25,352 nucleotides of DNA, from positions 1 to 25,352 of IMG/VR virus record IMGVR_UViG_3300031953_000093. One strand, 5' to 3'. Positions 1 through 6,193 of this stretch are shown here, piece after piece. Under the pieces are notes generated by a model that saw only the letters and a program-made list of their open reading frames with translations, made no database searches and was not told where the DNA came from. This DNA is from a virus. Its lineage: Duplodnaviria > Caudoviricetes. The first letter of the stretch is position 1. Each line of letters opens with the position of its first letter. The position numbers and the translations under genes are program-made.

Positions 1-165
1 TTGCTGCCGGTCTGGGTCGTGTGACTGCATTCGCCACACGGTCACCTTTTCGCCCTCCACGGGAATCCACGTTGCGCGTCTCCTGTAGGTGCGAGGTGCG
101 GCCAGTTCAGACTCTGTGGGGCGAGTGGTGTTGAGGGTGAGAATCTTGTCCATGAGCGAATCCAT
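1..165 (-). CDS. Hypothetical early protein, runs off the left edge (MDSLMDKILTLNTTRPTESELAAPRTYRRRATW...)
   Basis: ATG overlaps the methyltransferase stop (TAATG); frame is open to position 1. Confidence 0.55.
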   Translation of the reverse strand, partial: MDSLMDKILTLNTTRPTESELAAPRTYRRRATWIPVEGEKVTVWRMQSHDPDRQQ

Positions 166-833
166 TAGGCAATCCCTTCAAAGTTGAATGCTTGTTGTGA
201 GAGGCGCTTGGCGATCAGTTCGCAGTAGCCCTCGTCAATCTCGACGCCGATTGATTTGCGACCAAGGTTGCGTGCGGCGATAAGGGTTGAGCCAGAACCA
301 GCGAATGGATCAGCGACAATTCCTGCAGGGCACTTCTCAATAAGTGATTCCATGAGCGCTACTGGCTTCTGGTGCGGGTGAACACGCCCGTTAGTGCCCA
401 TCGACTGCACGGGCGGAGCAACGATCACGTCACTTCCCCTATGCCCACGGAACCCTTTACCGAGAACGTAAATCTCTTGATGGGCAGGCTTCCACGGCAG
501 GTCAACCGCGCCCATTCCAAGCGCACCCTTCGTGTCCCAGACGAGAACTTGCCGGGTCAACTCAGGACGCTCAATCCGCCACGTACCAAAGACGAGGGCG
601 GGGGCATCTGATCCATGTTTCTCGCGCCACGATCTGACAACCGCGTCACGCGCTGCCGTGTCCTTGTCGCCGTGGATGGAACGGGCAAGGGTCTCTCGCT
701 GGGCGTTGCTGTTGTAGTCGATCCCGTAAGGAACGTCAGATACAAGAACGTCAGCTTCAAGCCATGCAGGAATTTCGGAACAGTCCCCGTGATACAACGT
801 CACGAGATCATCTGAGTAATACGGTTCAGTCAT
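165..833 (-). CDS. DNA methyltransferase, N6-adenine/N4-cytosine, beta-class order
   Basis: LYHGDC, catalytic DVPY (DPPY-type), HPHQKPVALM, SAM-binding DPFAGSGST, GVEID; start at MTEPYY (833) follows an AAGGA RBS and is coupled by ATGA overlap. Confidence 0.92.
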   Translation of the reverse strand: MTEPYYSDDLVTLYHGDCSEIPAWLEADVLVSDVPYGIDYNSNAQRETLARSIHGDKDTAARDAVVRSWREKHGSDAPALVFGTWRIERPELTRQVLVWDTKGALGMGAVDLPWKPAHQEIYVLGKGFRGHRGSDVIVAPPVQSMGTNGRVHPHQKPVALMESLIEKCPAGIVADPFAGSGSTLIAARNLGRKSIGVEIDEGYCELIAKRLSQQAFNFEGIA

Positions 834-964
834 TCGGCTATTCCGTCCTTCGGGAAGTGCTCGGGGCAGTCGTAATCTGGCTCCCATTGCGATCCCGGCT
901 CAACCGCGCTGCCGTAGTAGAACCAATACTTCGGATCAGTGTTGGTGCAGGTGCAATCGCTCAC
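830..964 (-). CDS. 44-aa hypothetical protein with CxC...CPxH motif (MSDCTCTNTDPKYWFYYGSAVEPGSQWEPDYDCPEHFPKDGIAE)
   Basis: Below ORF-track cutoff; GTGA and ATGA overlaps with both neighbours. Confidence 0.7.
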   Translation of the reverse strand: MSDCTCTNTDPKYWFYYGSAVEPGSQWEPDYDCPEHFPKDGIAE

Positions 965-1122
965 AACGTCACCCCTGTTCCGATAACCGCAAACCCTGCC
1001 GAGACCGTGACATTCACACCCAGCAGGATCGTGCCCACAATGAGGACAGGTGCCAGACGGTAATAACCTTTCGGTGCACGGACGAACCGGCCACGATTAC
1101 AGACATACAACTTGCGGGTCAT
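961..1122 (-). CDS. Small membrane protein (MTRKLYVCNRG...)
   Basis: GGGAG RBS, ATGA overlap, C-terminal hydrophobic segment. Confidence 0.6.
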   Translation of the reverse strand: MTRKLYVCNRGRFVRAPKGYYRLAPVLIVGTILLGVNVTVSAGFAVIGTGVTL

Positions 1123-1235
1123 CGCTTTGCTCCCTTCTTCTCTCGACGCAATCCCAACCACGCGACCACAGACGGCACCGCGATTAGTGCGGCGAACAGG
1201 GCGACACCGGGGGCAGCAATCTCCATGGGGGTCAT
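1119..1235 (-). CDS. 38-aa single-TM protein (MTPMEIAAPGVALFAALIAVPSVVAWLGLRREKKGAKR)
   Basis: ATGA overlaps at both ends; hydrophobic helix followed by a basic tail. Confidence 0.65.
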   Translation of the reverse strand: MTPMEIAAPGVALFAALIAVPSVVAWLGLRREKKGAKR

Positions 1236-1480
1236 GATTCGACCTCGACCCACTGCGACACAGAGACTGTGCGGCAAAGAAGCTTCAGTCCAAGCCCGCT
1301 GGCATTGAACGCGGCATTCTTCTTGTCGTTAATCCAATTGGAGATAGTGCCGTCTTCGCGGATGTAGCCCCACTCTTCGCGCGTGGACGCTTCACCATGA
1401 AACTTCGCCTTGGGCTTGTTGCGCTCAGCAGATGCCTCCGAAATTCTACGGAACACCTCGTCATAAGGATTGGCACTCAT
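1232..1480 (-). CDS. Hypothetical early protein
   Basis: GAAGG RBS, fits the tightly packed operon. Confidence 0.7.
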   Translation of the reverse strand: MSANPYDEVFRRISEASAERNKPKAKFHGEASTREEWGYIREDGTISNWINDKKNAAFNASGLGLKLLCRTVSVSQWVEVES

Positions 1481-1514
1481 TTGGTGGCCTTCTTTCGTGT
1501 AGTCAGCGCGCTCA

Positions 1515-1628
1515 TCACAGCGCCCCTAAACCGAAGTGGTGCGGGAAATGTGCAGCACAACCACACGTGCAACCAGACTTAGAACCTGTTGTCGGTGAGT
1601 CTGCGGGAGGTGTAGATGTTCTAAACAT
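1515..1628 (-). CDS. 37-aa Cys/His-rich peptide (MFRTSTPPADSPTTGSKSGCTCGCAAHFPHHFGLGAL)
   Basis: GAAAGG RBS 6 nt before ATG; fills the gap in the operon. Confidence 0.5.
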   Translation of the reverse strand: MFRTSTPPADSPTTGSKSGCTCGCAAHFPHHFGLGAL

Positions 1629-1646
1629 TGGGTGCCTTTCAAGTTG

Positions 1647-2024
1647 TTAGAGCGATTCGCCCCAGATAGCGCGCGGGTAAAGGGTGTCGAGACGGGCCAG
1701 TTCCAGATCAAGTGCGGAATGCCCGTAAACACGCGCGAACCAATTCCGTGTCTGATTGCGGCGACGTTTCGCAAGATGGCAAAGGACAATGGTTCGTCTC
1801 GCCCAGTTACCACGCGGACGACAACCGACACCCTCAGCGAGCAACTGGTTCGCGATCATCCGATGAAACTTGTGTGCCCGCTCCAACGGTTCATCTAGGT
1901 GTTCGCACGAGCTGACGTATGCCATGAACGCAACATCGTCGGTGAGCATTGCCTGGTAGCGGTCATCGTCAGACTTTGGACGATCCCATTCGATGTCTTC
2001 ATGGCCGAGCGTGACTTGCTTCAT
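1647..2024 (-). CDS. Hypothetical early protein
   Basis: AAAGGA RBS, ATGA overlap, 125 aa. Confidence 0.75.
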   Translation of the reverse strand: MKQVTLGHEDIEWDRPKSDDDRYQAMLTDDVAFMAYVSSCEHLDEPLERAHKFHRMIANQLLAEGVGCRPRGNWARRTIVLCHLAKRRRNQTRNWFARVYGHSALDLELARLDTLYPRAIWGESL

Positions 2025-2272
2025 TGCATGTCCTTTGCATGTTGTTTTGGAGTAATCGCGGGCTGTGATTCCTTGCCCAAGCAGCCCGAACAGGTGTCCA
2101 TCGGATGCCCGTTCTGATACCGCCAGCCAGCCGTTTCCGCGACCTCACGCTGGTCAACTTTTGGCGCGTTCGGGAATGGGCCAAGATGCTTCGATCGGCA
2201 AACATCACACTCGGCAAACCACACCATCCGTTGAGGTGCACCTTCCGGCAATGTGTAGCTCAGGAAAGTCAT
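2021..2272 (-). CDS. Small zinc-ribbon-like protein (CDVC...GW...CSGC)
   Basis: Two CxxC motifs; start MTFLSY at 2272 after AAAGGA. Confidence 0.7.
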   Translation of the reverse strand: MTFLSYTLPEGAPQRMVWFAECDVCRSKHLGPFPNAPKVDQREVAETAGWRYQNGHPMDTCSGCLGKESQPAITPKQHAKDMQ

Positions 2273-2286
2273 TGCATGTCCTTTGC
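2021..2286. repeat. 18-bp direct repeat TCATTGCATGTCCTTTGC at 2021-2038 and 2269-2286
   Basis: Exact copies; both upstream ORFs end in AKDMQ-stop. Confidence 0.9.
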
Positions 2287-2613
2287 GTCGTTGAACTGCC
2301 ACACGATTGCGCGGCGGTTGTTCTCGGTCAGTCGGTAAATGCCGGACGGTTCAACAAGGCCCTTACCGACGAGTGCGGCGCGTGCTGTGCGGAGACGTTG
2401 CCCTGTATAAGGGAGGCCGTGCATTTCTGCGAGACCAACCAGTTCGTGATCTGCCAACGACTTACGGGCCAGTGTTTGCAGTACCCAACCGATCGACTTG
2501 CTGACATCGTTCGTGTCCGCAGCCTCATGCGAGGTCGAATGGTCGGTGCGTCTGACCCTGGGACTGTCATCACCGAAAATGGAATGAATCGGCGGGGTGA
2601 GTGTGGCGGTCAT
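2269..2613 (-). CDS. Putative winged-HTH DNA-binding phage protein
   Basis: RRTDxxTSHEAA motif followed by LADHEL...LRTARAALVGKGLVE, a pattern common in phage early regions. Confidence 0.65.
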   Translation of the reverse strand: MTATLTPPIHSIFGDDSPRVRRTDHSTSHEAADTNDVSKSIGWVLQTLARKSLADHELVGLAEMHGLPYTGQRLRTARAALVGKGLVEPSGIYRLTENNRRAIVWQFNDAKDMQ

Positions 2614-2810
2614 GACGACTCTCCCGGCAGTAGCCCACCAGGAGCGTTATAGCGAGCGCGGAGCTCAGCGATTGTTTCCGGCCAAGCCTCACGCAGCAGC
2701 TCAACATTGTCGCTGTCTGCCTTACGTGCGGCTGCCATGATTAGAGATGCGAATGGCGGGTCAGTCGCAGCAATTTCTTGCGACACCTTGTAGTCGTAGT
2801 AGGACATCAC
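2610..2810 (-). CDS. Hypothetical phage protein
   Basis: Overlapping start/stop with neighbours; start at 2810 (GTG) or 2807 (ATG). Confidence 0.75.
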   Translation of the reverse strand: MMSYYDYKVSQEIAATDPPFASLIMAAARKADSDNVELLREAWPETIAELRARYNAPGGLLPGESS

Positions 2811-3220
2811 GCCACCGCCTCTGCCAGCAGCGGTTTGCAGTCGTACTCGTAGACCGGAACCTCAACCTCAATTTCAGGTACAAGCTTCAATGCCTCCGGG
2901 TCGCGCTGCTTGACGGTCTTGGTGCCAACCTCACGGGCCACACACACGTCTTCGCGTAGAGCGCGAATCTCCACACGAACGCCGGCGAATGATCCCCTCG
3001 CGTAGAAGTTCCCTTCGGAGTACGTCTTTTCGAAATCGCCGGGAAACGCTTTGATGGTCTTCGCGGTCTCATTGGCGGCGTATTCGGCGTGGGAGGTGAA
3101 CTGAAATCTGATGAGCTCGATATCGCCGCGCCAAGACGGGTCGAGATGCGGTGTCTCTACTTCGGGGTACTGGTCGAGAAGTTCTGCAACTGCTCGCATT
3201 ACATCGCTACGTTGAGTCAT
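2807..3220 (-). CDS. Hypothetical early protein (MTQRSDVMRAVAELL...)
   Basis: GAAAGG RBS precedes ATG at 3220; the ORF-track extension to 3310 lies in structured RNA. Confidence 0.8.
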   Translation of the reverse strand: MTQRSDVMRAVAELLDQYPEVETPHLDPSWRGDIELIRFQFTSHAEYAANETAKTIKAFPGDFEKTYSEGNFYARGSFAGVRVEIRALREDVCVAREVGTKTVKQRDPEALKLVPEIEVEVPVYEYDCKPLLAEAVA

Positions 3221-3299
3221 TTTGTGCCTTTCATATGGGTTGGTGAGTTCGGGTGACGGCTTGGGGGCCAGATAGGCACCGCCACCCGAAGATGTGTAA

Positions 3300-3439
3300 G
3301 TGCCAGCCAAGGAATCGAACCTTGGAGAAACCGTTCTGGCTGGCCGTCAGCGTTGGGGCACGACTTCTACCCGCTTATCCGCTCCGTAAGCCGTTGACCC
3401 CGATCAGCACCAGCGCTCACATGACTCCCGCACTGGCAC
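3300..3439 (-). ncRNA. tRNA-like structured RNA (acceptor stem, variable arm, T-arm, extended arm replacing the anticodon loop)
   Basis: GTGCCAG/CTGGCAC 7-bp stem; CCAAGG-TTCGATT-CCTTGG T-arm; AGAA-CGGT-TTCT variable hairpin; nested stems with G-U pairs favouring the minus strand. Confidence 0.6.
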
Positions 3440-3465
3440 CCTTATCTCAGGGGCTCTAATACCGT

Positions 3466-3640
3466 TCGCAGTCCTCATAGCCGGTGGTGGTGTCACTGGG
3501 CTGTCCCCGATACCTTGCGGTCAGACGGGCTGTTACTCCTGCGAGTTCTATTCAGTTGTGTGTGAAGCGCCACACCCATGTTTTGGACATAGGCGTAGCC
3601 AGCAGCTAGGTCGGGAGTCGAACCCGAAAAAGCCTTAGAA
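3466..3640 (-). ncRNA. Structured RNA region: T-loop hairpin, 13-bp hairpin, GNRA-capped domain
   Basis: TCGGG-TTCGACT-CCCGA (3611-3627); GCTACGCCTATGT/ACATGGGTGTGGC (3569-3599); TCGCAG/CTGCGA closing a domain containing ACC-GCAA-GGT. Confidence 0.5.
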
Positions 3641-3652
3641 GGGGAAAGTTGG

Positions 3653-3856
3653 TTAGGCGCCGGAACGTTCAGAAGGTCGAGCACGCAACCAGCGCAACCC
3701 TTCCTCCTGCATGATTAGTGGCTTGGTGTCCACATAGGAAGCGACTAGGTTGCCTAGCCGGATGTGCTCGCGAACCTTCTCAACTGAGAGGTCTACGGCG
3801 GCAGCAAAGTTCGGAATCGAATATGCGAGCTTGTCGAGAGAGATTGATTTAGTCAC
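3653..3856 (-). CDS. xis: Excisionase-like HTH protein (recombination directionality factor candidate)
   Basis: 67 aa, LAYSIPNFAAAVDLSVEKVREHIRLGNL is a MerR-like/HTH_17 pattern; directly follows cro. Confidence 0.75.
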   Translation of the reverse strand: MTKSISLDKLAYSIPNFAAAVDLSVEKVREHIRLGNLVASYVDTKPLIMQEEGLRWLRARPSERSGA

Positions 3857-4065
3857 GCCGGCACCCCCTCAAGGAAAATTGAGGGGCAAACACGAAGAAA
3901 GCCGCCAACCGCAACCAGCTCATCAAGTGACAGTTCCTGAGAACCATCAAACGATGAGGGGGTCACAGCGGCGGCTTTAGCAACGCTTTCGACTGGGGAG
4001 TTAGAGGAATTGATAGAAGCGCGGATGTTCCGGCTGATCTCTTCGGTAACTGATCTTCTTTCCAT
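3853..4065 (-). CDS. Cro-like HTH protein (MERRSVTEEISRNIRA...)
   Basis: Divergent from the repressor; XRE-like ending LSLDELVAVGGFLRVCPSIFL; leaderless start at 4065. Confidence 0.7.
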   Translation of the reverse strand: MERRSVTEEISRNIRASINSSNSPVESVAKAAAVTPSSFDGSQELSLDELVAVGGFLRVCPSIFLEGVPA

Positions 4066-4133
4066 ATAGACACCATAACTGTCCATACAGACATATGCAA
4101 GCACATAAGACACTTTTCTTGTTGATATGGACA
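4059..4133. promoter_or_regulatory. Four candidate 14-bp repressor operators, consensus TGTC-N6-GACA
   Basis: TTTCCATATAGACA 4059-4072, TGTCCATACAGACA 4080-4093, AAGCACATAAGACA 4099-4112, TGTTGATATGGACA 4120-4133; they overlap both promoters. Confidence 0.65.
4072..4100 (-). promoter_or_regulatory. Early lytic promoter TTGCAT-N17-TATGGT, leaderless into cro
   Basis: 17-bp spacer; ATG 6 nt after the -10 hexamer. Confidence 0.75.
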
Positions 4134-4150
4134 TATTTTCTAGCTATCCT
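4122..4150 (+). promoter_or_regulatory. Repressor promoter TTGATA-N17-TATCCT, leaderless
   Basis: 17-bp spacer; in-frame GTG at 4157 is 6 nt after the -10. Confidence 0.75.
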
Positions 4151-4156
4151 CTTGAC

Positions 4157-4576
4157 GTGCCACAAGATAAGTCAGCCAAAAAGTCCGCGATCACCCCACT
4201 GAGCCTGAAAGTGGGGGATCTTCTTACGGGCGCCTACAACGCAGCCCGAATGAACCAGACAGACATTGCCGCAGAAACCGGAATGTCCACTGTTACATTG
4301 CAGAAGAAACTCGCCGGCACATCCCCCATCACCGCCACCGACCTTGTTCTTATCGCCGGTGCCATCCCCAACACCGACGCAGGCGCGATCCTCGAAACCG
4401 CCATCTCCCAGCTCGGCGGCTACTCGGCGCTACTGTCTGAGGCATCCTCTACAAAGGACTCACAAGAGCGGAAGAAGAAGCAGGCCGAAGCTCAAGCAAT
4501 GACGACTGAGCAGATCGAGGAAGAAACCAAACGTGCTGACAAAGAACACGAGATTAACGGGAAACCACTCAAGTAG
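4157..4576 (+). CDS. Immunity repressor, XRE-family HTH
   Basis: MNQTDIAAETGMSTVTLQKKLAGTSPITATDLVLIA HTH; divergent from cro, upstream of an ImmA-like gene. Confidence 0.85.
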   Translation: MPQDKSAKKSAITPLSLKVGDLLTGAYNAARMNQTDIAAETGMSTVTLQKKLAGTSPITATDLVLIAGAIPNTDAGAILETAISQLGGYSALLSEASSTKDSQERKKKQAEAQAMTTEQIEEETKRADKEHEINGKPLK

Positions 4577-4937
4577 GGGAACAAGCTACGATCCGTGGGG
4601 ACATGCAGATAACCTGGGTCTGCAAATCCTGAACCGGCCAATAAAAAATGCGACATCGTTGTGGATGCCTGACCACTTCACGATCGTCATTCGCAGTGGC
4701 CTCGGATATGTTCGCGCAAGAGTAGCTATCGCTCGTGAGATAGGACACTCAGCGTTAGGGCATCGTGGGGAACTTTGCAAACATGAATGGGAAGCTGACA
4801 GGTTCGCAGCCGTCAACCTCATCTGCCCTACCGAGTTCAACTACGCCACTAGACGAACACACGATCTGGCAGCAATTTCCCGCGAGCTGAAAGTTACGCG
4901 TCGATTGCTAGATGCGTACCTTCATTGGGAGTACTGA
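4533..4937 (+). CDS. ImmA/IrrE-family metallopeptidase-like protein, degenerate zinc motif
   Basis: YDPW N-terminus, AREIGH in place of AHEIGH, EWEADRFAAVNLI, ISRELKVT; start uncertain. Confidence 0.75.
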   Translation: MLTKNTRLTGNHSSRGTSYDPWGHADNLGLQILNRPIKNATSLWMPDHFTIVIRSGLGYVRARVAIAREIGHSALGHRGELCKHEWEADRFAAVNLICPTEFNYATRRTHDLAAISRELKVTRRLLDAYLHWEY

Positions 4938-6078
4938 ACAGGGCAGACAGTTGCTGCATTGCTTTTGTGAGTCGTTCACGGTTGCCGCGTGACTTGTACT
5001 GCTGCGTCATCTGCCTAGTGGAGTGTCCAACGATTTCCATGATGATGTCGTCGGGTACGCCGGCAAGGTCGAGCAGGTCAACGGTGGTGTGGCGTACATC
5101 GTGAAGGCGCACGTTCTTTGTGATGCCACTCTCCGCAAGCAGCACACGCCAGTTCTTTGAGTCCTGGTCTGGATCTATTGGCCGTTCACCTTGCATGAAC
5201 ACCAAACCGTAAGGGTTCGGCGGGGAGAGTTCGCGGTGGCGCTCGAGAATGGATTTCAGCGGGTCAACAAGGGGGATGATGCGCCACCCCTTATTCGATT
5301 TCGGTCGCGTCAAATACAGGCCACCTACAAGGTGGCGGTATTCATAGTCTGCGGGGACATCGGGCTTACCGTCAGTGTCGGTGATGGGTAAACGGAGCAG
5401 TTGCCATGACAGGTCGAGAACATCCGTAACACGATCCCATTCGAGGCCGATCACTTCCCCGCGGCGCCCACCAGTAAGGAGCGCTGTCGCCCACCGTGCG
5501 CCCATCTGCTCGTCATGTGCGACGTGTTCCAGTAGGGCGAGTGCATCTGTGAGGTCTAGGGCTTCTAGCTTCGTTACAGCCTTGCGTGGTGCGCTCGTGA
5601 GAGTTGCGGGGTTACGACCGATGCGGCCCTCCCAATAGGCGGTCTTGAATGACACAGCCATGATCCGATGCGCAAGGAGAGCAGTGGTAGAGCTCAATCC
5701 CTTATCAATGATGCTGTCATGCACGCGGCGAACATGAGCGGCAGTAACACGCTCGAGCTTCACTGTTCCAATCGCGGGAAGAATATGGTTCCTCGTTGTT
5801 GCCCGGTAGCCCTCGAGAGTTTTCGGGCGAACATCCTTTGCAGCAATCTCGGTAAGCCAATAAGCGAACCACTGCTCAACGGTCTGCCCTGCTGTGGGGA
5901 GGTCGCCGCGGTCTTTCAGTTCGGAGGTGATGCGTGCCAGCTCGACAACAACGTCCTTCTTCAACTTACGGCGTACGACTTTCCTTCGCCGTACGCCGTC
6001 GCGTGAAGGCAGTTCGATTGATGCTGCATATAGCCCATCCTTTTGACGATAGATGGAGCCTTCACCTTTACTGCGCAT
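4894..6078 (-). CDS. int: Tyrosine integrase
   Basis: KGEGSIY arm-binding N-terminus; catalytic R (TGGRRGE), K (PKS), HDVRH, VGH, Y (TQQY); start MRSKG after GGGGG RBS. Confidence 0.95.
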   Translation of the reverse strand: MRSKGEGSIYRQKDGLYAASIELPSRDGVRRRKVVRRKLKKDVVVELARITSELKDRGDLPTAGQTVEQWFAYWLTEIAAKDVRPKTLEGYRATTRNHILPAIGTVKLERVTAAHVRRVHDSIIDKGLSSTTALLAHRIMAVSFKTAYWEGRIGRNPATLTSAPRKAVTKLEALDLTDALALLEHVAHDEQMGARWATALLTGGRRGEVIGLEWDRVTDVLDLSWQLLRLPITDTDGKPDVPADYEYRHLVGGLYLTRPKSNKGWRIIPLVDPLKSILERHRELSPPNPYGLVFMQGERPIDPDQDSKNWRVLLAESGITKNVRLHDVRHTTVDLLDLAGVPDDIIMEIVGHSTRQMTQQYKSRGNRERLTKAMQQLSALFSTPNEGTHLAIDA

Positions 6079-6163
6079 GTTTCCCCCTATAGTGGTTGTT
6101 CGGGTGTCTGTGGTTATGGGGGCCATCGGGTGCCCCCAAGTATCTTCTTTTCTGGTACCTCAT
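6068..6163 (-). CDS. 31-aa basic His-rich leader ORF overlapping the int start (MRYQKRRYLGAPDGPHNHRHPNNHYRGKHAQ)
   Basis: Strong AGAAAGGAAG RBS 4 nt before ATG; stop lies within the first codons of int. Confidence 0.45.
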   Translation of the reverse strand: MRYQKRRYLGAPDGPHNHRHPNNHYRGKHAQ

Positions 6164-6193
6164 TGCGCTTCCTTTCTATCGTGTAGTTCTGGG

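Noticed and set aside
3590-3660. Canonical tRNA gene around GGTTCGACTCCC
   Set aside because: Only a T-arm is present; no D-arm, anticodon arm or properly spaced acceptor stem
4894-4937. Integrase C-terminal degradation tag (HLAIDA)
   Set aside because: Weak similarity to ssrA-like tags, and the region is constrained by overlap with the convergent ImmA-like gene
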